This document shows, in pieces, positions 1-14,062 of a DNA stretch of 64,000 nucleotides. The position numbers and the translations under genes were made by a program. This DNA comes from Ramazzottius varieornatus. Taxonomy: Eukaryota > Animalia > Tardigrada. The stretch covers positions 5,695,527-5,759,526 of the forward strand of contig BDGG01000001.1 in assembly GCA_001949185.1 (NCBI GenBank). The letters run 5' to 3'. How positions within the stretch are numbered: the stretch's first letter is position 1; the number at the start of each line of letters is the position of its first letter. The notes beneath the pieces are model-generated. The model was given only the letters and a program-made list of their open reading frames with translations, was not told where the DNA came from and ran no database searches.

Positions 1-644
1 TGGTGTTACCAATGTTTCAGTACGGATGCGGAGAACGACTGCTCTCAGAGACCTCATACGTTATCGGAAATCTGCCAAGAAGCCTTCTGTCTCAAGACAG
101 CCATATATTTCCCGAACGGTAACAATTCAAAGCTAAAAACTCAAAATACTTTTCCTTCTAAAAAAGCGCGCCATTCCATTGATACTCTATAGTTTCCGAG
201 AAACGATGCAAGGTTTGCATGAATGAATCAAAATCGTATGAGGATGTGCAGGGAAATGCCACGGTAGACAATCTTGATTGGTTTACGTAATATACGAAAG
301 CCGAACGAGCGAAGGAGTCCCAAGCTGAGATGTGTTTGTTATTCTGCCTTGCAGGGTCATTAATGAGTCTGAGTCGGACATGCACAAGTATCGACATGCC
401 TTCCTATTGCTCCACAGGCCAAATGCAGATTGATCAGTCGGTTTTCGATCCTTTGCCCGCAAGTAGCGTCATCGATTCCCGCAAAAAAGAGCGCCTTAAA
501 TTGTGTACTTATTTCTGCCACCACAATTACTGCAATTCAGCTCCTTCCTCCTTTACAGTCTTCGGCTTACCAGCCGCAAAACTCTTTGCTCCCTTGTTAG
601 CTCTACTTTTACTTGCACATCCGTTCAGACAACTTGATCTATAG
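1..644 (+). CDS. Ly6/uPAR (three-finger, quiver/sleepless-like) GPI-anchored protein, 5'-partial; exons <1-118 and 355-644
   Basis: Frame 1 from base 1 reads WCYQCFSTDAENDC...EICQEAFCLKTAIYFPN. A phase-1 GT-AG intron (119-354) joins it in frame to GSLMSLSRTC...CTYFCHHNYCN and a hydrophobic GPI-signal-like tail. CYQC...CN is the LU-domain signature. Confidence 0.85.
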
Positions 645-2316
645 GTTGCGCTCTGTTGGGTCTTTCTCTCTGATTGTCCGGTCCCAAGATAGATCACAAT
701 TAACCTTGGGAATGTAAACTATGATATGTTACGTACTGTCTTACTAACAGTACATCAAGAAATATGAATGTTATAATCACATGCTAGAGCTAACAAGGGA
801 ACCTGGGTGAGCCTGAGTGCTTGAACTTCTTCCAACTTATGCTGTCGAAAGTACTGGATCCTGACTACTGTTTGAAGGTACTCTCAATTGTGACAAAACA
901 TCACCTGGGCCGGCAGGAAAGACCCGTTCGTACGGAGCAACTTCTACCATTTGAAATGTGCACTGGGTGTGTGGATATACAGTTCAACTGCGCAACTTAA
1001 ATGTAGATTACACACGAAATCTCTCCTAAGTTTCCTGCTCTGTTGGATTGCGCTTGGGAAACGGCTCCAGATGTGCTTTAGAAGAACTGGTTGCTCCTTG
1101 ACGGGGCTGTCGGGCAGACACGTGAGTGTTTGCAATGAAGACCGAAGATTACGGTTGGCCAGACCGACCGTAGGCTTTACTAGTGACGATGCAGCACAAG
1201 TTCGGTACCAAAAGAAGAATGGCTAGTGGTGGGTCGTTCGGAAGAAATTCCACATGTTGCCCAATCAGATCATTCGGCGCATTGAAAATCGATCAGCTAA
1301 TTTTTGAGCAGTACCGCGTGCACGTTTCGGCTCCATTCTGTAACGGCACAATTGTACAAGCACGTACGTAACGGTACGTTCAATCAATTTTACAACGTTG
1401 TGTGGTCATAACCTGACTCAGCATTTCCCACTTTACGGGAGATGCAGTTTCTGGACTTCCGGTGCGTCCTCGGTTCTGGATATTTATAGGAATGTCTGGT
1501 GGACAGTACGAAGGAAGGACCGCAACGATGATAAACTAAGGCCTAGATTTAACAAAGTAATACTTAATACGATAGTAATACGATGATAAGTAGTAACGGT
1601 GTCGACTGGTCATGGACTATGAGTACTAGACCTGGGAAACGGTAATCGGTAGCGGTGGTAACACACCTGCCTGGAACAAGCGAACTCGAGAAACCCTCGA
1701 GGTTTTAAAGCTCAAACGACAACCAAGTTTACAGTAAAGTAGAACCACATAGGAAAAGTTCTGGCAAACCACTAATTTATCGGAGACTGAAACTACGTGA
1801 AATGAAAGGACACAACTGGCAAAGTCGAATGAATACAAAGTCGAAATTTTCAAACAGTTTCGACCGAACCATGGCTCGACCAAGAGACAGCTTGAAATAT
1901 TCGACTGGTATGACTTCCGGTCAGGAAGACGATTAGTAGGAGGGTGGAACGCAGTCTGCAAAACTCCATAATCGAGTTCCCATCACGAACCTAATTCAGA
2001 AAGGCTCACAGCACCCGGGACTCTCTGCTGGAAACGAGAAAGACTGCAAGAATATTGAACCAGCTCGGCAAACGAATTACAGTCGTGAAATTAGGCCATT
2101 TTGCCGAGAAAATCCTGTTTTGTCGAAAGATTTCTACCGACTGCTCTGAACGGCAAATTCATGAGACTAGCCATTTTTTCCATAGCTCCGTCTCCATTTT
2201 GATTGCTTTAAGCAACGGCACCGCTGGACTCCAAAGGAAGACTGAGAAGATGATTTCAGAAAACGACCTAAAAACCTGTGAAAGTTGGGCGCAATTTCAG
2301 CTATCCATCTTTCCTA

Positions 2317-3606
2317 CAGCCACTGGCAGCCAAGTGTTCACTTTTCAAAACGCGACTCAAAACAAAAATCCCTGTACCTATTGCGCAACCATCTCAGCTA
2401 ATCAATCAAAAAACGATCCTTCCATTATCGTTTGAACAACTTTTCCAAGAACAATCTTTCAACATGCCTGGGAAAACTTCTTTTGAAACATCTTCCTTGG
2501 TGATCGCTTTACGCGATCAAGGTTTCACCTACCCTAAAATTTCTGAGAGTCTTGCCAGCCAAGGGGTTTCACTGAGTCGTCGCACAGTGCTCAAGATTTG
2601 CCGGGAGAAAGAAAAGGAGAACAATGGATGGACCAAACCGGCGAAACGTCTTCCTCCGCAAAACCTTCCCTCTGCATGCACCCAGGACAATGTCAAAAAA
2701 GTCAAGAAAGCTGTCGTCAAGAAGAATCCTGACTCGCTACAGAAGATTGCTAAGAAGCTCCAAGTATCCATCTGCAGTGTAGGCCGGATGATCCACCAGA
2801 ATCTTGGATTGGAAGTGCGCAAGAAGAGGAAACTGCATCACCTCACGGAAGCCCAGAAGAAACAGAGGTATGAGCGGGGGAAGCTTTTTATCTCGTATCT
2901 AGGTCCATTCAAAGTCCGTCATATCTTCACTATGGACGAGACTTGGATCAGTCTTGATGACTGCAATGTGGATACAGATCACTTTTGGACTGATGGATCG
3001 GCAGAAATTCCTGAAGAGTGGAAGAAAAAGACGACCAAGCAGTGGCCCAAGAAAGTCATGATCGCCATTGGAATCTGCTGGTTCGGAATGTCGCGCGTCT
3101 ACGTCGTAAACGGCTCTGTCAAGTTGACAGCCCAGTACTTCATTGATGAAATCCTGTCGAAGATGATCCATGAAGACATTCCCAGGCTCTACGGGAATTC
3201 GGCGAAAGATGTCATCTTCCACATGGACAGTGCTCCATCTCACACGGCCAAGCTGACCATCCAGTACCTCAATGATCATCGTGTCAAGTATATTCCGAAG
3301 GAGATTTGGATGGCGAACAGCCCTGACTTAGCCCCTTTGGACTACGGGATCAACGGGAATCTCAAGAGAATTTTGTCTGAGCGGAAGGCGACCACCATAA
3401 AAGGCCTCATTAGCGTTATCAAAAAAGTCTGTGAAAGTTATGATATCGCTGAAATTCGGAGTACGCTTTCCTCTTGGCAAGGTCGTGTCTAAACAATGCT
3501 GGATAGACACGGTGGTCATGTAGAAGTTAAATGAAGAGGTTATCTGTTGTCTGAAGGAAGTAAGAACTTTATTCATGAGAAGTGAACACTTGGCTGCCAG
3601 TGGCTG
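2317..3606 (+). mobile_element. Tc1/mariner-superfamily DNA transposon, DD37D (maT) type, full length (~1.29 kb)
   Basis: Perfect 27-bp TIRs (CAGCCACTGGCAGCCAAGTGTTCACTT) at 2317 and ending at 3606. TA on both flanks (2315-16, 3607-08). Internal transposase. Confidence 0.95.
2464..3534 (+). pseudogene. DD37D transposase with one premature stop at 3490-3492
   Basis: N-terminal HTH-like region, then FTMDETW, HMDSAP and SPDLAPLDY with 37 residues between the 2nd and 3rd Asp. The frame continues after the TAA as TMLDRHGGHVEVK*. Confidence 0.9.
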
Positions 3607-5305
3607 TAGTTCCATGTCGATCCTAGCTTTTTGTAAACAGACTTCAGGCCAGAAAACTAGGCCAAGGTAGCAAACAGAGAGCTAAACCACGGAAAATCAG
3701 TATGGAGCTTGGGTGACAAGCCAGTCGAGAACGCCTTAACTTTATAGGTGGTAGCGACTTAGAGTGAACGAGATGTATTTCTGGACTGTCCACTTTCCAA
3801 AACCGGAGGAGAACTGAGCAAACTGAGCAAAAATATTGTTTCGGCGTTCGAGGCAAACAACCTTTCTCGAAACGTGACCACTATTACAATTGATTTTGCT
3901 ACACGGGTCAAGCTGTTCAACCGTCAATAGCGCCTTATAGCGGTACTTTCGTCCAGTATGTTAATAGTGTTGCCCTAAATATGCATCAAGTTATCACTGA
4001 TCTGATGACTGAATTACTAGATCAAACCTATCGTAAAGTAGACGTTGAACTCCAAAGACGAAAAATTGATATGAAACAGTAGAAACTCTGGGTTAAAGTG
4101 TGGGTCTTCAAATTCACTGTTGTTTTCGTCTCCATCTAGTAAGGCTTCTCCCACTTCGCTGTCGTCGTACAAAAGTCAGGACTTTTACCACTCTGGGCAC
4201 TATCCTTGTTACCACGGCCCTCAGATCCGTCGCTGAAACATCCTAAAATCCCTGAGTTTCCAGCTATGGTCCAGACACAAAACCACACGAAACCTAAAAG
4301 TCGACATGAAAATGGCGTTAATGGTTTACCGCTGGGAAATATAAGTTCATGGAACATGAAAAAGTTCTGGATTGTTCATGGTTTTTACTGGGACACAAAC
4401 CGTGATGAAATCTAAAATGATGATTTTTATTGTTTTCTACTCCACTGCTCCTTAAATCCGCAAATAACGACAGAAAGAAGAAAGGAGGCAGAAATTCGTT
4501 TCCGGCGTGATTTTTCAGGATTTCTCCCAAGCCAATGACATGTCCAGTCCGTCCCAAAATAGTCCAGAAAATCCAGCATGAGGTACTGTATTCAGGTATG
4601 AAGTCAGACGAGCACTGACTATTGGTTGGAAAAAGAGAGAAAATCCCATTTTCTTGGCGGGAAAAAACCGCCACCAGTTGGTGACGTCTTGGAAATTTAG
4701 AATTTACAAATTTCGACTGTTGATTGGTTGAACTCAGTCTCGCCTCTGAAATCTTTCCAGTTAAAACACTGGGATAAGTTTGGACCCCATAGTGCTATAA
4801 GGTGCACGGAACACCTGATCCCCAGAGTGTTAGACAGATACTCGCACGAATGGTATCAGCATGCAGCTATGACCTGTAACGCCAGATGTGATATACAGTG
4901 ATACCATGCGCCTTTTCAGAGGGATGTTTACCTTCAAGCAAAAAACCGAAGGTGTACCTGGTAAAACTCATGAGCTGGCGCCCACCATTGTTAGTCTGCT
5001 GCGACATGGTCGAAGTCACGCTTGCAACGAAGAAGTTTCTCACCAGCTGGCTAATTGGGGAACTTGCTTGTTCACTTTTTCATCAACTCAACGGGCTGGT
5101 TCTGATCAGTGGCGCAGGGGTCCAGATAAACATCAATTTCCTCCCTTACAGATGGCTGCTGTTGTGTGAAAGTCTTGTTTATTCGTCAAGCCAGAGCCTT
5201 TCCCGCTAAGTTCACGTTTCTTTTTCCGGAGAGTGATGAAGGTCGGCTGGTAGCTTCTCCATTAAGCCGCCCACGTGCTGCAGAAGTGTGTGCTTTGAAA
5301 TATCA

Positions 5306-7155
5306 CCAAGAAAATAAAATCGAAGATTCGGAGTACGCCGCACTAGGGGATCATGGGTGTTAGTAGCAATATGTACTATGAGACTACTAAACTGCACATG
5401 TGTGCGAATCACCTGTGCATTTCGATTTAGCCAATCAATCAATCAATCAGAAAAAGTATTTGACTGCTTGATTGATGAGCTCGGCGCTGAATTTTCTCTT
5501 TGATTGCCGGAATTTCTAGATTGTCTCAGGTGAATTTCGTTCGAATGATTGGTTGGTTGCCTTTCGTTGATTTTTGATGATACAGTCTACCCGGATTGAT
5601 GATTGATACGACCGACTTGGCTCGGTCTTTGGCCGAAAGATCGGGCCAAGCTGGAGGCCGGCTGACAGGCTGTCATGTCAGGTAGTGACATTACAGTCTG
5701 GCAGTCAACCGCGTGATATTAGGATATTTCCTAACAGGTCCTATGTTTTTGTTCAACGCTGTCCAATCCTCCAGTTTAGCGGTGACTTTCGACCACCTTC
5801 CCCAGAATTACAACTTCTTTCGCTGCCTCCTTTCCACCCGATTATGCTTAGCTGGTTGTTGGTACCATAATAGTCCTCCTCATGACGAGCTGTTCATGTC
5901 GCAAACGGTTGATTTGAAATTTGAGTTTGCTTGATCAACGGGAATTAGTCGTGAGTGGGGCAAAGTTGCGTTTCGAAAGTCTCGGAAACGAGAGCGGAAA
6001 TGCGCGAGTTTTGCGGGGTAGGTTTGTAGGCAAACTTTGCCTCCTGACTAGGCTGAAATTCATGGTTTTCTCTCTGGCTAGTCTCTGTCTGTCGATATCC
6101 CCGACACTAATAGATATCAAGAATCCCATACGTGAAACGGTATCTCGCAACGTGAAGCACTGTGCAGACAGAGATTAGCTGAGAAATGAAAATTTGAAAT
6201 TTTGAGTCAGATGTGCAGAGAATAATCCGTTTTCGCTTTCAAGATAAGCTACTCGAGGGCTGCTTATCTTGAAAGCGAAACTTCGTAATCTACTTTCAAG
6301 ATCAACACAATCAACGGAGTATTACGGCCTGTCGTGAGGAGGACTAATAGTGTTCATGGAGTGCCTACAAAACAAAACGCTCTTTTCCGACGGAATATGC
6401 AAATCGGGATCTTTATAGTGGTGGATTCATAAGCGCTTTCACCAATACAAGGCCTCTGTCGTAAAACAGATTGGCCCAGTCCAGAAGGATGGCTCTACTA
6501 TTTCTTGCCATCCTAAGGAAATGCAAGATGTTTTTATTAACAGAAATGGAAGACGCCCTTGAGATATATGCGACTAAGGTTGGAACTTAATAGCTTTCAA
6601 CAAAGCATGTTTCACAAAGAGTGAAACCAAGTGCAACAGCACGCTCATGCAGCATCTTCGATAGCAGAACCGTGCAATTGATTCCACCCCAGCGTTTTTC
6701 ACAGAGCAATAAGCTATGAGAACTCTTTTACCGCTATCAGAAGATTTAGAGCATCCAGAAATATGACAGCCGCTCGTCCACCACGGTAGACATATCTAGC
6801 TCAGCTGAGTTTGCCTGGTAACGGGAATCAGCTGTTCCCAGAATGTCGCAGCGACTTCTGCTGATGTCTGGAAGATATCAGCTAAGAGCAGGGCCGCGCA
6901 TAGGATGGAGAGGAGTGGAGAAAGATGGGGGAAGGTTCTGATGACAATTCCTGCAGGAGCAGATGTGACCGAAATGAAATTTCATCGTCCAAAATTCAAA
7001 AGTCAAAACTGCTTGGGAGTGCATCAGCAATCTAGGTACCTGCGTACAGCCTGCGCCCGGTTGAGATAAGTGTACTCTGAGTACCTGTCCGGCGCTAACT
7101 GAAGTACGAAATACACTCGTGCTCGCTACTTTGCTAGCTACTCTTTTTCTCTTGG
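5306..7155. repeat. ~1.85 kb interspersed repeat or segmental duplication, copy 1
   Basis: Near-identical to 22420-24355 in the same orientation; the same spurious ORFs appear in the ORF track. Contains (CAAT)n and a nested MITE. Confidence 0.95.
5873..6344. mobile_element. MITE nested in repeat copy 1
   Basis: Imperfect TIR GTCCTCCTCA(T/C)GAC with TAATA on both flanks. Internal perfect 19-bp-arm hairpin at 6231-6280. Confidence 0.75.
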
Positions 7156-7159
7156 AATC

Positions 7160-7680
7160 GCAGCAAAGTTTTCTCAATATGGTAAGATTATTTCAGAAGT
7201 CGCAACCTGATCGCTACCGCCAACATGTGATGGGTTGAATTCAAACGGGTGTCCACGTCGATTGGGACAAGGACAGGCGTTTGGTCAGGGTAGACTTCGT
7301 ACTGGATTTCCTTAAATCTCTGGAAAGCGGCTTCGCGGCCTGCGCCCCTCGACAAAGCTCTAACCTTGTCTATAGTGGTGTTCATTTCGTCTATTCCAGC
7401 TTTCACGGTCAAGCGTATTACGTGGGCTGCGCATGAGACATGGAAAATGTTAGGGTATTCAGTTTATAGCAGTTCCATCGCCGTGCCCGAATTACTGGCA
7501 TTGTCCGTTGTAATGAAGTTGGTTCTGCGCTCGATTTTGTAGCACTTGAATGTTCGTTTCATGACTTCGGGCATCGCTTCGCCCGTATGAGGGGGAGGAA
7601 CCTGCACAAAATTCAGTACACCATTCGAGAGCCTCGAGCTGCCTATCTTGAGATTTAGCAAGTCGCTTCCTGGATCAACG
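7160..7680 (-). mobile_element. hAT transposase remnant
   Basis: Minus-strand fragments, broken by stops and frameshifts: PPPHTGEAM...FITTDNASN (catalytic D), CAAHVI (CxxH) and PIDVDTRLNST (the TRWNS motif with W>L). Confidence 0.85.
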
Positions 7681-8599
7681 CACTTAACAAAGTTTTGCGA
7701 GAAAGACTGAGAACCCCTATTGTTTGCTGAGGGCTAACTCACGCGGCTACTCGGCCTAGTCGACAGCTTCACTTTTATTTCACACTTCTCACTAAAACTT
7801 GCAATCACCCAGCTCATCAGACTGTGCCCCGAGAAGGATACAGTTCTTGTTAGCAACTGTTTCCTCAGTGAATGCTAGCGTGAAGAACGCACAGCCTACG
7901 CCGATTGCCTGGTCTTGGAATGATGCGGCAGCGGTGTTCGTCATCGCCTTCATAGCATCGCCACAGTTCGTGTTTGACTTGCCAGGTTAACTGGACGCTG
8001 TGTTTGGCGTCAAGAACGGCTTACGTCTCCTGGGACGGGGCTCCATGTACATATCGGACAAGGTGCCGTCATCGGAACCGGCTAAATCTTCTACGACTTT
8101 GTAGCCCTGCAGTCCGACCTCTTTTCCCAGTGGGCCACTTAGGACCATACTTCGACTGTCTTCGATGGTTTCGTCGCTGACGCTGATCTGTCAAGCTTCT
8201 TGGCTCTTTGACGCGTTTCCATTGCCACTACGATCTTCACCTTGACTGTGAAACCTACGGCCGATCAGTATGGTGGGCAGTGGGTTGATGGTACGAAGAC
8301 ATGTTGAGGAACCAGGAAGTGCGTACGTTTATGCGGTCTGCTTCCGTTTTGTTTCCGATTCGGGCGAGTTTGGTAGAGTAGTCCAGTCGATTGTTTGTGT
8401 CCTATGGAAGGTCGACAGATTATTCTGCCTAATTTCACAGCTTTCGGAATTAGCTTGCAGAGTCCGCGCAGTCTGTCATCAAATGTACGGATAGTGATAT
8501 ACGGTGATGTACGGAGTACTGTAATGCTTCTTGAACTTCGCGAACTACGTCATAGTAGGCGTGTGCTATATGCGTCATCATACGCGTAAACTTCGCGCG

Positions 8600-8800
8600 T
8601 ATTGTGAAGTCGGTTCGCGAATTTCAAAGAAGTATTATAGTAGTTCGTCTGTGATTTCTTGCCAGTTTGGATTGCAGGACACGTCACGAAGTATGTAGGG
8701 TTTCCGAAAATTTGCACCATCGCAAAAGCATCTGCTTCTAGTTTTTGTTGGTGATGCGGGGAGCCGAGGAAGTCTAAAGTCAGGCATGTACGACCAACTT
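8600..8800 (-). mobile_element. Helitron Rep N-terminal fragment
   Basis: FLGSPHHQQKLEADAFAMVQIFGNPTYFVT resembles the Helitron_like_N motif GSPRYMQ..YQDAMAIV..FGKPDLFIT. Frameshifted downstream. Confidence 0.7.
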
Positions 8801-10668
8801 TAGTATCTTTGTAAGCGGTGATTGATTCATCTCCATCTTTGTTATCGCAACTAATCAAATTCGGTTACGTTTCTGAAACTGAAGAGGATCGCTGGACATC
8901 TCGCCTTAGCGGTGGTGTGCATAGCTCAGAATGCAAGCTTCTGTCAGCTAGTCAGTTCATACAGTCCTTTGATTATTAAGGCCCCAGCAGAACCTGTGGG
9001 CAACAACCAGAATTCCGCTTGTAGGCCTAATCTTTTCCCAGCTACCCTGAACGTTCGAAAGAAAGCCCCGCGTCGGTCCCTGAAGTATAAACAGGAGGGG
9101 AAGAAGAAGAAAAAAAGCGAACCCCAGTCAAACGAAAAGCTTTTTCATCGAATCCATTCTTTACGATACCGAAACGTCCAGTCGTTTACATTATATGCTT
9201 CGTTTCAATAACTGTTCGATCTTGTTCCGGAACGGACTGAGTCGAATAATCTCGTCTGTTATTGTTTTCAACTACTCAACTGAGTTTCTGAGCAATACCA
9301 TCATCAGTGAAGTACGATATCGTGACTGTATGATCTCTTTGTGGCTCGTTCTCAGGAACCATTGACTTTCTTTGTTTGCCACCGGTTCGAAATAGCCAAC
9401 GCCTCGCCGTAGTGCAGAACAGTCAAGGACGTCATCCCATTCCATGTCTGTGTTACGGCAGCCGGTTCCCACTGGTGTCACCGGATCCATTGTTTGTACG
9501 CCGGTGCTGCTCCGCGGCGTTAAAAATTCGTTTCCTGAAAAACTACTGTTTCAGAAAACTAGCTATTTGAGAATAGAACCAGCGAGTGCTTTTCTCTGGC
9601 TTTGGTCTCGAGGAACTGGTCAACCGCTCCTTACCGACCGCGCGACTTAATTTTCACCTTTTCTACGAGCCGACCAGTCTTGTACTTGACATTTTCCCGA
9701 CGAATCGGCACCTACTGCGCCGAACTAGGTCTACTTTGTCTTTTAGCTTTCCATAGCCACTCTTTCCAAAGCTCTGGTCTTTCGTGATGTAACACTCACA
9801 TTACAGTAAATTATCCATTGGTGATCTCCAGTAGGGCTGCATAGAATGAGGCGCACGTATTTTCTGAGAAATACCCACTATCCACTGACAGCATAGGGTA
9901 ATGTTCGAAATTTCTTCAGCACATGGTTATACATGGTATTATCGTGCCTGACGCCCAGATCTAGAGAGCCAACTAGCTAGACGACTAGACGATTAAGTCG
10001 AGGTATATACAGTAGAAATCATTGCCAACCAGAAATTTAGGTGACATCAGTCAAACGGTATGGGCTTTTACATATATTCCGCGTACTTTCCCGATGACCG
10101 CCCCCTACTCTGCCAACACACTACCGTGATATGTGAGCAGCAGAGCAGCGAGAATCGGGATGGATCGCCGTTTATGACAACACTCCTTGTTTTCCGTGAC
10201 AGCTATGAACTTCCTATTATCGTTCTCTACTGATTGAAAATGCGACGTTTGGTTTTTCGGAAATAGTGGAAGCAGATTTTTTCTCAAGCCTGGGTTGACT
10301 TGTCGCTGGGCATGTAATTGCAATTGGCCAGCGACCACGTTCGACTCGTGATGCTAGCATTGCTCGATCGGCCTCCCTATGTTGTAAGCGTCGAAGTAAC
10401 AGATCTAGAATGAGTTTGCCATTGAATTAATTTCTAGCGGCAGCTGTCACACTGAGACACACGAGTCATCCATCTACTATACGATTAGTACTTTCGAGAT
10501 CCCTTTTTCATTTCCGACAAGCAAGAAATTTATGGCCGTGCAGTGTGACAAGTGTGATTGCAATGCAACTCTACAAGTATCTTTTCTATCCACAGTCGTT
10601 GCCATGCTAAGTCCCACATCGATCTTCTACCGATGGGAGACGTTGTGCTAATATAAAGGACACTGCAC

Positions 10669-11210
10669 ATATGACGCTGGTTTTTTCTATTTGGCCGAAC
10701 CGAGGTTATTCCAAGTTGTCCAGGAAACGACTTTCTCTGGAGGTGTGTCAGTCAAACTCACCAAACCGCTTATGCAGTTATCTAGAGCATACTTCAAAGC
10801 ATCGTATGCTGGAGACATTCGAAAAACGAGTGGATGGGGAAATTTTGACGGAAATGTCAATGCAGGGAAGAAAACTGGAAACAGAGTTTTTTACACCACT
10901 TTTCTGTGCATGGTTTGCAGTACCGGCCGAATCAGCTGTTTCCGGGACGCAGCTATCTGTCCCTTATGACTTACCGAAAACTTTACTGACGTACTGTTGT
11001 TTACGAAAGTGCTCGCCATGCCCGTTTTCTTCCATACATGGAGCGGTGATGAGCTACTTTGCGGACAATGGTCAAATGTTCGTTACCATGTCATTACCTA
11101 TCAATTCGAAATTTAGACCTGTCTCGATGAGCTCTAAAAGTTCATGTTCATAGAGGGCAGGAAAGTCGGTCTGTCCGAGTTCGGCCAGACAGCAAAAACG
11201 AGCGTCATAT
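10669..11210. mobile_element. Degenerate TIR element (MITE-like)
   Basis: 32-bp inverted repeat at 10669-10700 and 11179-11210 with 28/32 identity. No clear TSD. Confidence 0.5.
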
Positions 11211-13594
11211 ACACCGTAAGGCATGGTTGCCAACCCGATGCTAAATTTGATTTAACGTTTGACCACAATAGCACTTCAAGCGCATTATCCGTCATACACA
11301 ATAAAACAAACACATTTGGCATCGAGCTGGCCAGCATGCCCAAAGTTTGGCATGCCATACATTGTACGAGACGGCAAAGTGGCGACGCCACACGTTACTG
11401 AAAGGCCATCGCAAAAGAGTTTGCGGGTGGATATTTGAGGGCGCAATATTAAAACGATCGAAGTTCGGAGAAAGCGACCAGACTTTAACACAGTTAAACG
11501 TGGTTCCGTGGTCGTTTTCATGTTTCACGGCTCGCGGACCAATCGAGTTCTTTGTCGTCAATCAACAGACACCTCACGATCGTGACGGTTGTTGGCGATT
11601 AACCTTTGACCGTCAATCAGCTTCTCGGTGTTTACTCAGTTCCATAACGATGGCTGGCGGCACGTTCACTTCGTAATGACAGAAATGTCACGTCGAGGCA
11701 CCCACGTACCCGACCGAAAGTCATTTGCAATAGGTCGTGATCCCATCTGCTGCGCCACCAGGCCTCCCATAAGCGCACAGCTACAGATTAAAAAATGTCT
11801 CTATTCTAGTGCGGCGGTTTCAAGACTGAAAAGATGGATTGACGTGGAAATCGCTGACGAATATCCGGCGAACAGAACAGCCTGACGTGTCTGCTTTCAC
11901 CTGTGCTGGCATCACGTCTTTCCCACTCCATTATCTCCCCCTATTTGATCAAGGGGAAAATTTTCCATACCTGACAAATTTTTCCTCGTGATCAAATGGC
12001 GCCATAACACAACTTTTGGCTGAGACTGATGTACCATCACACTCTTGCGACAGGTCGATTTTTTGCTCATTACGCTGAGTAACAAGCATGAGCCCACAGT
12101 ACAGCTCGTGTGACAAGATGACGAGTAGCTTCGGCCTCCTCATTACCGCACACACATTGAGCGTATTGCGAGACTGAGTGTGTCACACCCCGTGGTCTTT
12201 GGTCCCACACTTTTTTGACAAACATTTACATACGGGAGCGAAGGTATGTGTCTAGACAACTATTTTACACATCTTACGATGTCAACAAGACTCTTTGGAT
12301 AGCAGGAAGCGCAATGAGACATCAGCAAATAAATTGAGATTGATTGTTGTGTCAGATGGCGCACGTCTTCCTTGTTACAGGTTGGCGATGTGCGCCACTT
12401 GGAAAATCGTTATTATTCGGGACATGCACCGATGTACCAATACTCTAAATGATCCTCCAGCGCGAGTAGTTTTTTTCCCCCGGCAGTTTACCGGATCCAG
12501 AGAAAAAGAAGGCAGTGAGACCATATTCCACGCGTTAACGCTTCAGAGTGGTTGTTTCCAACGACCCTCGATCATAGCTCGTAGGTTAAACAGAGAGCTC
12601 TGTTTGAATGCAGCCCCCATGTGAGTGTGGGTTCGCTCTCCAGCGACCTCCACTTTTGTAGCACTCTGAGTTTGATGGTACTACGCTTTTGCGCACTTCG
12701 CGCGTAAGACGCATTGAGACGTTGAGGGGCGACAAAATCCGCGAGCTCAGGAGGGGACGGAAGACGGGACGCGAAAGAGGAAGGAAGAAAGGAGAGCAGG
12801 AAGGAAGGAGGCTGTGACAGCTACGGGATATGCACCGTTCCCGCCTTAGCTTACTCTTCCCTTTCGCCTTGTGTCTCCGTACTGCACTGTGGAACGATCA
12901 CGAGGCGACACAGCAATTTATGACTGTCTTGATACAAATCATATTACATTACTAAAGCATCGGCCCGTACTTGAAGCCATACTTTGCTTTGCTGTACGCC
13001 GGCAGCGATTGATCGTGACGATAAATTCGTTCAGGATCGTACAGAAGGTCTATTCTAAACAGGAATGGGGAGAATGGCGCAGGCTTCATCCCCTTGCTGT
13101 GCAGTCAAGCGTAAAGAGAGGCTCTCTTTTGTCCAAAGACTCATGATGGGGGAAAGACAGAAGTAGACAGATCCCAGTATCGAGCGGAATCTGAAAACGC
13201 TTTTTATGAAAGGATGTGTAAAGCGTAGCGTGCTCCGCTTGCCATAAGCATATACCGCACTGACTCACTTCCCCATAGATGTCCCGGATTTTCATGATAT
13301 CGGCGTCACGATAAAACGCTGTTCGGACACTGTTATTACCCGCACTGTGTCCCTTCAAATCAAGTTATGCCCGCATAAAATCATCGGCTTGGTTTACTTC
13401 ACGCTGCCTGCCAATCACACTCTCCCATCTGTCCTGGTTTTATCCATCGTAACGTTACTGTATACAACCAACGCGTTTCTTTCACATTCTTGTGCTTTGC
13501 TTACTGTTGATTCACAATATTGATCGCGTCCAGTGATATCCTTAACAGCTGTTGAGTTTTTGCGCCTACTCATCGAATTTTTCCGAGGAAGAAA

Positions 13595-14062
13595 ATGCCG
13601 CTGCAAAACTCCATCGCCGAAGCATTGATCCGTAAATTCGAAGCCAGTAACCGCATCTTCCTCATTTGCAACACCACCTTTCCCCTACCGCGCGTCATCT
13701 ACTCCAGCGAACGCTTCCAGGGTGTTTTCGGCTACTCACGCCCTGAGGTTATGCAAGGCAACTGTAACCTCAAGGTCCTCCACGGACCGCTGACCGACCA
13801 GCAAGCCATTGCCGACATTGAGAACGGCGTTCAAACAGCCCACGAGCTCCAAGTGGACAACCTCGCGCTGTACAAGAAGGACGGTACTGTCATACGTTGT
13901 AACGTCATCTTGGCACCGGTCCGCAACGAAAACTCCGTCGTCATTATGTACCTCCTGAACTTTGAGGAATCTGACCCTGATAAGACGTCTTCATCCTCCA
14001 ACGGCAGCAAAAAGTCACACGAGAAAGACCATCACCATCACCATTCCAAAGGCAAACATTAG
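13595..14062 (+). CDS. Stand-alone eag/ERG (KCNH)-type PAS domain protein
   Basis: QNSIAEALIRKFE..IY...F...GYSRPEVMQ..C..LHGPLT...LYKKDG...APVRNE..VVIMYLLNFE aligns collinearly with the hERG eag domain. It is followed by a Ser/His-rich tail and a stop. No channel exons were found downstream. Confidence 0.85.
   Translation: MPLQNSIAEALIRKFEASNRIFLICNTTFPLPRVIYSSERFQGVFGYSRPEVMQGNCNLKVLHGPLTDQQAIADIENGVQTAHELQVDNLALYKKDGTVIRCNVILAPVRNENSVVIMYLLNFEESDPDKTSSSSNGSKKSHEKDHHHHHSKGKH

Noticed and set aside
5685-6178. ORFs repeated at 22826-23379
   Set aside because: They lie within a duplicated non-coding repeat and MITE, with no protein motifs or convincing starts.
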